NCBI GenBank assembly: GCA_951406725.2
Contig: OX597815.1
Coordinates: 175,398,001 to 175,462,000 of the forward strand
Reading direction: 5' to 3'
DNA from: Octopus vulgaris
Lineage: Eukaryota
Length of the DNA stretch: 64,000 nt
The notes under the pieces were generated by a model. The model had not been told where the DNA came from. It saw nothing but the letters and a program-made list of their open reading frames with translations, and made no database searches. Shown one piece after another: positions 57,480 to 64,000 of this stretch; position 1 is the stretch's first letter, and each line of letters starts with the position of its first letter. The position numbers were made by a program, and so were the translations under genes.

Positions 57480-59546
57480 TACATAGAAGAGCTTGTATAC
57501 AGAGTTTATATTCAGCAGGGCAGCTGTTCACGACATCGACGAACGTTTTGTAACGGAGTGGTTGCCAGAATGTAACAGTTGCTGTCTATGCTGAAAGCAA
57601 AGATGATGATGAAAGAAAGACCGTGGCCGAAATTGTGGTTGACATATTTTATTTCTCCCTTATAATTAAAGCTAAACCACGACGGGCTGGTGTGTATAAA
57701 AAGCAGACAGAAAGCACACAGAGTAACGAGAGTTATATTCTTTTGTATGAATGTTGTTTTCGTGTTTGATGCTAAAACAGGAATCAGAGGAAGATAGAGT
57801 GAATGAAAGTTTAACAAGTGGATGGCGTAAGACTTACATTCTCGGGTCATTTAAGCAGCAGCAGCAGAGAGAGAGAGAGAGAGGAGAGAGAAACAGACAG
57901 GCAGAGTGATGTTATCGATCAAAAATGCATGTTTTGAACCAATGCTAATACAGACATGCTACAGAGCCACCCCCAGAGAATAAACCAGCAGGTGAAATGA
58001 ATGATACAAATGAAAGAAATGTAGCATGGAAAGAAGGATTAAAAAATAGGTGTGAGAGAGCACCGTGCTTCGAATGAGTAATGCACAAGAGTGCGAGAGA
58101 ACTTTCATAACGCTGCCTGACCCCCGAATAGGTCTTATGAAAGTCCAAAGATCAAAGAGAGACGAACAAAGTCGAGTAGCCAGCAAAACTTGATGTGCAA
58201 GCGTGATGAACCTACGTCCAGCAAAGTGGAAATCATGGGATGGGAAAAATCAAGGTACATGAGAGAAGAATATTGGCTGCCGTGAGAACGAGCAGTCCCA
58301 AGAAGTTGCCTGCAAAACAGGGAGTCCTTTGCAGTGGCAAAGGTGCAAGCCTGCAAAAAGCGGTGGTTCGTTTGCAGAGGCTGAAAAGTCTGTAAGTGCT
58401 GGAAAAGTAACTAATAGAAGCCGAGCAATAATCTTACAGAAGTGACAATGTGAGATACTAGCGAAGTGAGTCAAGCCATGAAGATGGCAGCATAAAGAAA
58501 GAAGTTCCAACATGCAGGAAATTTGGTGTTGGTCACTAAAGGAAGAAAATGCATGGAATGCTACGTAAAGCAAAGAAAAATGCGCTGATAAGGTGGTTTT
58601 GTGCGCCCTGCAAACCAGCGAAGAAAACACAACAAAACACGCAAAACAGCTTTTTGCCGGAATGGAAAAGGCTTCAGAGAAAGCAGAATAACCCACATGT
58701 GTTATATATTGTGTAACATGTCGTGTTATGTAGAGTGAATGCATGAAGTATGACAATATAGACAACATAGCCACTGAATGTAACATAGTGAAATAAATGC
58801 AAAGAAATGTGTAGCAAAACAGAGTATGGTGTTTAAAGGAGTCATTCATTCGTCACCTCTCCTTTCGCACGGTCGTTCTACACCGCTTTAGCAAGGAGGT
58901 TTGCTATGTGGCTATAAGGTTCTGAGGTCACCAGTGTGGCGGTTTGTTGATACCACCACCACCTTAACGTTGTCTGATGGTTATTTGTTTAACAAAAATT
59001 GTTCTCACGTCGACTTGACTCCATGGTTGTTGGTTGAAAATGACGATGTCGGCGACGGTAGTTGTTGATAGCAATGTTTGGCAGACAGACATCTGTGTTC
59101 GTTAGTTGTGTGGTGATATAAGACAAGAACTCGCTCTCGTTCAGTAGTTAAGCTTTATTCACAGCAGTGTGGGTTAAGTACAATGTTTTATAGAGATGTC
59201 TGTAGCGTGGTAGCAGTGAATGAATGTGTGAAGACGTTAGTTGTGCTTCGTGGATATAGAAAGAGACTTGATAGAAGTGTTTCTAGTTAGCATGAGATAA
59301 AGACATCGAGTTTGGTCTATACTGGCGGCACACGCGGAAGAACGAGCCCTTTAAAGAAGCGAGACAAGGAACTCGATTGAACTTGGCGGCAGCTACATTG
59401 TATAAGTGACAATCGGACGTAGCAGAGAGCGTCTGTTTATTCAGCCAATCACAGACCGAGTAGAGCTGTAAACTTACAGTGTCGTCTGAGCTTACTCTGG
59501 GATCAAAAATGCCTGTTTAAACCAATGCTAATACAGACATACTACA
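57480..59546 (-). mobile_element. Non-autonomous or decayed Gypsy-like LTR element
   Basis: 5' LTR 59546-58935 (TGTAG...CCACA) is followed by PBS TGGTGACCTCAG. A PPT-like ctgggggtggctc abuts a second LTR start at 57963. Shared LTR ends at 57917-57963 and 59501-59546. Confidence 0.65.
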
Positions 59547-60676
59547 ATGGCATAGAAAAGGTCCAGAGTCAAGTAGAAGCCACACAGATATCAGCGTTTA
59601 TCCCTGACAGAACAATAAGGTGTATGGCTAGGGGGAAATTACAAATTCAGTTTTGAATCTCAGTTAGGGGCAGGTGAGGTCCCAAAATCTGTTTCACTTT
59701 TCTCTTTATCTCCCTCTCTCTTTGTGTGTGCACATATATATATATGAGCAGGTGTGGCTGTGTGATGAGAAGCTTGCTTCTCAACCACATGGTTCGGGGT
59801 TCAGTCTCACTGCATGGCACCTTGGGAAAGTGTCTGCTTTTATAGCCTTGGGCCGACTAAAGCCTTGTGAGTGGATTTGGTAAACAGAAACTTCATCTAT
59901 TTGGTCCCCCGCCATTGCTTGACAACCAATGCTTGTGTAATTATGTCCCCGTAACTTAACAGTTCGACATAAGGGTCCGATAGAATAAGTACTAGGCTTA
60001 CAAAGAAGAAGTCCTGGTGTCAACTTGTGGATCTTTGCACTTTGACCGGCAGATTTTTAAAATAATTTCTTTATAACTAAACACTTTTAAACTTCGTATA
60101 CTGGTAGAATGTGTTACATAAAACATCTTTTTCTCTTGGCTTTCTTGAGAAAATTCTGTAGTTCGTAAGCTATTTCTTGCATTTCGGCAATTTCAACCAA
60201 TCAATGATGTCTATTGAGGTGAATACAATTTCTGCGGTTGTTTGTCAACAACAATTTCTTGCAGTGTCATATCCCTTTCATTACTGTATTTATTTTGAGA
60301 TGCTCTGTATTTCTTTCAATTACTTTAAATATAACAAAGAATTTAGTAAAATAATTGGTTATCATTCAGTTAGTGTTAGGAACATAAATTGTGACTAAGG
60401 GTTGGTGGAAGATTTTAATTCAAAACTTATGAAAACAAGACATTTGTACTATAGGGCCAGAGGCGGTTTCAGCTGGGTTGGTAGCGAAAGGGTTAAAGGT
60501 GTGGGGGCTAAATATAACAACAACAACAAATGTTTAATATATGTAATTTAATTTATTGCTTTAACATGGTCATTTTGTAAATCAACAAATAATTATTCCA
60601 AAAATTTAAATAAATCTTCCTTTAATAATAATGAGCATTTCAAATCAAAATTCCTATATTTTGCAGTATTTCCAAA

Positions 60677-61926
60677 TCATGACTGTTGATAATTGCGGTA
60701 CCTGTAAAAAGAAACATTATTTCAGTTGTAGAGCAGAAAAGAGAAACTTAAAAAAGCAAATAACTGAAAATTAAAATTAAAAAAATTGGAATGGGAGAGA
60801 TTTTGAAAGACACTAGCAAGGGCACCTGATGCATGCACACACACACAAGCAAATGTACACAAACACATGCATGCACATGTACACCAACAAGCACACACAC
60901 ATAAATACATGCGCATGCACACACACACACACACACACAAGAGTTAATATTTCACTCAGGTATTGTGATACTAACAACCTGGTGTTAGAACTCAAAACTC
61001 ACAAAGCATTAACTGAGTAAAGAGTGTCATATGAAATTATTTAAGTAACAAAGGAACAGCAGATTAGACACACTTAATATCATAGTCAGATGCATATACA
61101 CACTTATATACACACACAAGCATACATAAGAGAAAGAAACCCATACATATAAATACAATCGTATGTAGGTATACACACCTGCACACACACACATAAATTG
61201 ACAGACAGACATATACAGACCCAGAGACAAAGGAAACCACACACCAACACAGAAACACACATACATAGATATATATCTGTATATACACATCAACACACAC
61301 ACATGATTATCTACAGTGAAAAGGTGAGAGCCAGAGATGCCCAATATAAAGACATGTAGTAGTGCTCAAATGAGTTGAATTTAAACTTTGAAAGCTTTAT
61401 TAAGGACCAGGTTCACGGTAAAGAGTGGCCTTAAGAGACATCTATGCACTCCCTCCTTGGTAGTCTATATTTTTTATGTTCTATGTAAATTGATTTGTCT
61501 ATGTATGTATGTGTGTGTTTGTGTATGTATGTCTGTATGTATGTATGTCTATGTATGTATGTATGAATGAATGTATGTATGTATGTGTATGTGTGTTTAT
61601 GTATGAGGTGATATCAAAAAGTACATGTGCACCCAATGAGAAAAGGGGTTTAAATTATTGAAAAATTTGTTTTACTCAGGAATGTTGATATTAATTAGTC
61701 AGAGAAACGATTTCATTGGCAATGAAGATGAATCAACTTTAAAAATAATGTAAAAACCTGTTATTTATAAAGCAACGGATGCTAAATATCTGTAAGTGAA
61801 AATAGAGAACTTACATGAAAATCCTCTTCAACTGATACATTCCAGTGAGAGCTACAAATATATTTACAGCAAACAAACTGTAGTTTTTAGGGATTATAAC
61901 CATTGAATAGCGAGACCAGATGAGAC
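60677..61926 (-). CDS. MPC2: Mitochondrial pyruvate carrier 2, last two coding exons; 5' exons outside the window
   Basis: Exon 61926-61815 GLIWSRYSMVIIPKNYSLFAVNIFVALTGMYQLKRIF matches the MPC2 motif GFIWSRYSLVIIPKNWSLFAVN. Exon 60701-60677 MYRNYQQS*. Phases match; AATAAA on the minus strand at 60557-60552. Confidence 0.92.
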
Positions 61927-62533
61927 CTGAAAGTAAAGATATAAAATGATTGATATTGAGACTACAATTAATATTGCTGTAAAATATCCATTAATCTTTC
62001 AGAATTATCAGAGCAAGAAACAGATGGGATTTTGTCAGCTCCAGAACTTCTCTCACAGGATTATGCTTTGATATTTAATATTGATTTTAAATTTTGGCAC
62101 AATTTTGAGAGAAGTGGTGGGTTGATTATGTTGACCCCAATAATCAGTTGGTACTTGATTTATCAACCCCAAAAGGATGAAAAACAAAGTCGACCTCAGT
62201 ACAATTTGAACTCAGAATGTAAAGATGGACAAAATACTGCTAAGCATTTTGTCCAGCATGCTAACGACTCGTTAATCAGCTCACTGCTCGTTAATATAAA
62301 ATATTGATTACACTTATATAGAGGTTTATAGTTACTTGAATTCATCTTAAAACATTAATGTCAGTGGGTCAACCAATCTTAGTAGGACAGAAAGCAAAGT
62401 GACAACCAGATGGATTTGAACTTAGAACATGAAGACAGACAACTAAATACTACATTTAGTCTAGCATTCTACCATTTCATCTACACAGCCACCTGCTATC
62501 TTTAAACTCATTTCAAGTATTTTAAAGCCAGTT

Positions 62534-63312
62534 TGAGGTCTGATCAAAAAGTATCGAGACTGTTGCTATGGTAACAGAGCTAAAGTACACAGAGTGAAGC
62601 TTCTTGGCACAGGTTGACCTTCAACTCTGTAGCACATGCACACTAAATCATAATGTTCTCTTTCTCTCTCTCTCTTCTGTTGTTTATAGCAGTGTGGGAA
62701 ATATAAAGTGTTGTAGAGTGGGGTCATCTCAAAACAAAGACTGAGTTTCTTATTTCTTTATTGCCCACAAGGGGCTAAACTTAGAGGGGACAAACAAGGA
62801 CAGACAAAGGGAAAGTTGATTACATTGACCCCAGTGTGTAACTGGTACTTAATTTATCAACCCCGAAAGGGTGAAAGGCAAAGTCAACCTCGGCGGAATT
62901 TGAACTGAGAACGTAACGGCAGACGAAATACCGCTAAGCATTTCACCTGGCGTGCTAACGATTCTGCCAGCTCACAGCTGTGCACGATCTCCTCGGTTGT
63001 GTTGAGGAATGCAAAAACGCTTTTGAAATGGTCATGGCAGGTGACAAATTGTTGGTCCATGGCTATGACCCTGAAACCAAGGTTTGAGAGGAACACGATT
63101 TCAAGATGTCGATGAAATCCAAGAGAATGTGACAAGGTGACTACTTGCTTCCCCACAAAAAGGAATTCCTGGAATGCTTCCAGCAATGTTGAATCAAGTG
63201 TGGAACTTCAGAAGGGGACAACTTCAAAAAAAGGAGATTCAATGCCAAACCGATGTGTGTTGTAGTTTTCTTTTCATAGCAGCAGCTGTGATACCTTCTG
63301 ATCAGGTTTGTA
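62534..63312 (+). mobile_element. Decayed mariner relic with an inserted SINE
   Basis: TIR-like gaggtctgatcaaaaagtatcgagactgttgctat and atagcagcagctgtgataccttctgatcagg; GDKLLVHGYDPETK resembles the mariner motif TGDETWV.YDPETK. Confidence 0.6.
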
Positions 63313-64000
63313 TACTAAGGTGAAGTCATCATAATAATCATTTTGGTTTTAATGTCCATTGAACATACAACCAGGCACTGAATGGGGAGGATGGGGGGGG
63401 GGGTTGCTCTGCAGTACAGAATGACAACACTTGTATATTCTGTGTCATTTCCTTTGTGAGCTCCAGCATCCTTTAATCTAGTTGTGTTAATACTTCCATC
63501 TAATCTCTTGATACATGGTAGCTTGCATTCGTTATGTCCATTACATCCATAATGATGGAGTTACTTTCCTTAATTTTCATCTGCCTTCCCATCTTATTTC
63601 AACCTTTATGCAGGTTGAATATTTAATAAATCCCTCTCAACTCATTCTAGTCCATCCTCAGCAGATCTCCATCCCAAGCCTGTCTCCTACATTGATTCAG
63701 CTTCAATCATTTTACTCCTTCCATTCCTTCTTTATTATTATTATTATTGTTACATTACAACTGCTTCCAGTACCTATGTAGGAGCACCTTTCTAGCAATG
63801 AAAAGAACAATTGAACTGAGTTCAGTACATAACTGGTACTTATGCTATTCATTCTGTCACTCCCCCAACAAATGAGAAGCAAATTCCATTCTAGCAATAT
63901 TTGGTTCCAAATGAAACTAAATGCTTTCATGTATTTGTGTTGGGTTTTTTCTTCCATTGCTGTAATAACAACGTATTTCGATTTGTCTTTCAATATTTTG

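Noticed and set aside
58250-58849. 199-aa ORF
   Set aside because: No recognisable domain; low-complexity interior of the LTR element.

Overview
Eukaryotic, AT-rich, repeat-dense genomic DNA. The SINE, RTE and microsatellite content suggests an octopus (coleoid cephalopod); this is inferred from repeat families only. Most entries in the ORF track are spurious because the real genes are spliced. Five genes were reconstructed by hand. (1) The 3' end of a GH18 chitinase with a CBM14 domain (+, 125-10268). (2) A complete YdaC-like class I SAM methyltransferase (-, 14005-22686). (3) A complete La/SSB gene (+, CDS 34305-49533, 12 coding exons, 358 aa) with a U12-type minor intron. (4) Two exons of a TSP1-repeat plus transmembrane protein absent from the ORF track (-, 50098-51028). 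(5) The 3' end of MPC2 (-, 60677-61926). Between and within them lie hAT, mariner, Helitron, foldback/MITE, RTE, CR1/L2, Penelope-like and LTR relics and many SINEs. The most interesting unexplained signals are structured H/ACA-like RNA candidates in La introns, the orphan TSP1-TM gene with convergent 3'UTR overlap and a possible secreted isoform, a La micro-exon apparently born by tandem duplication, an overlapping uORF on the methyltransferase, and several long intronic inverted repeats that could form dsRNA/ADAR substrates. No CRISPR array or prokaryotic system is present. Coordinates were read by eye; repeat boundaries are approximate.
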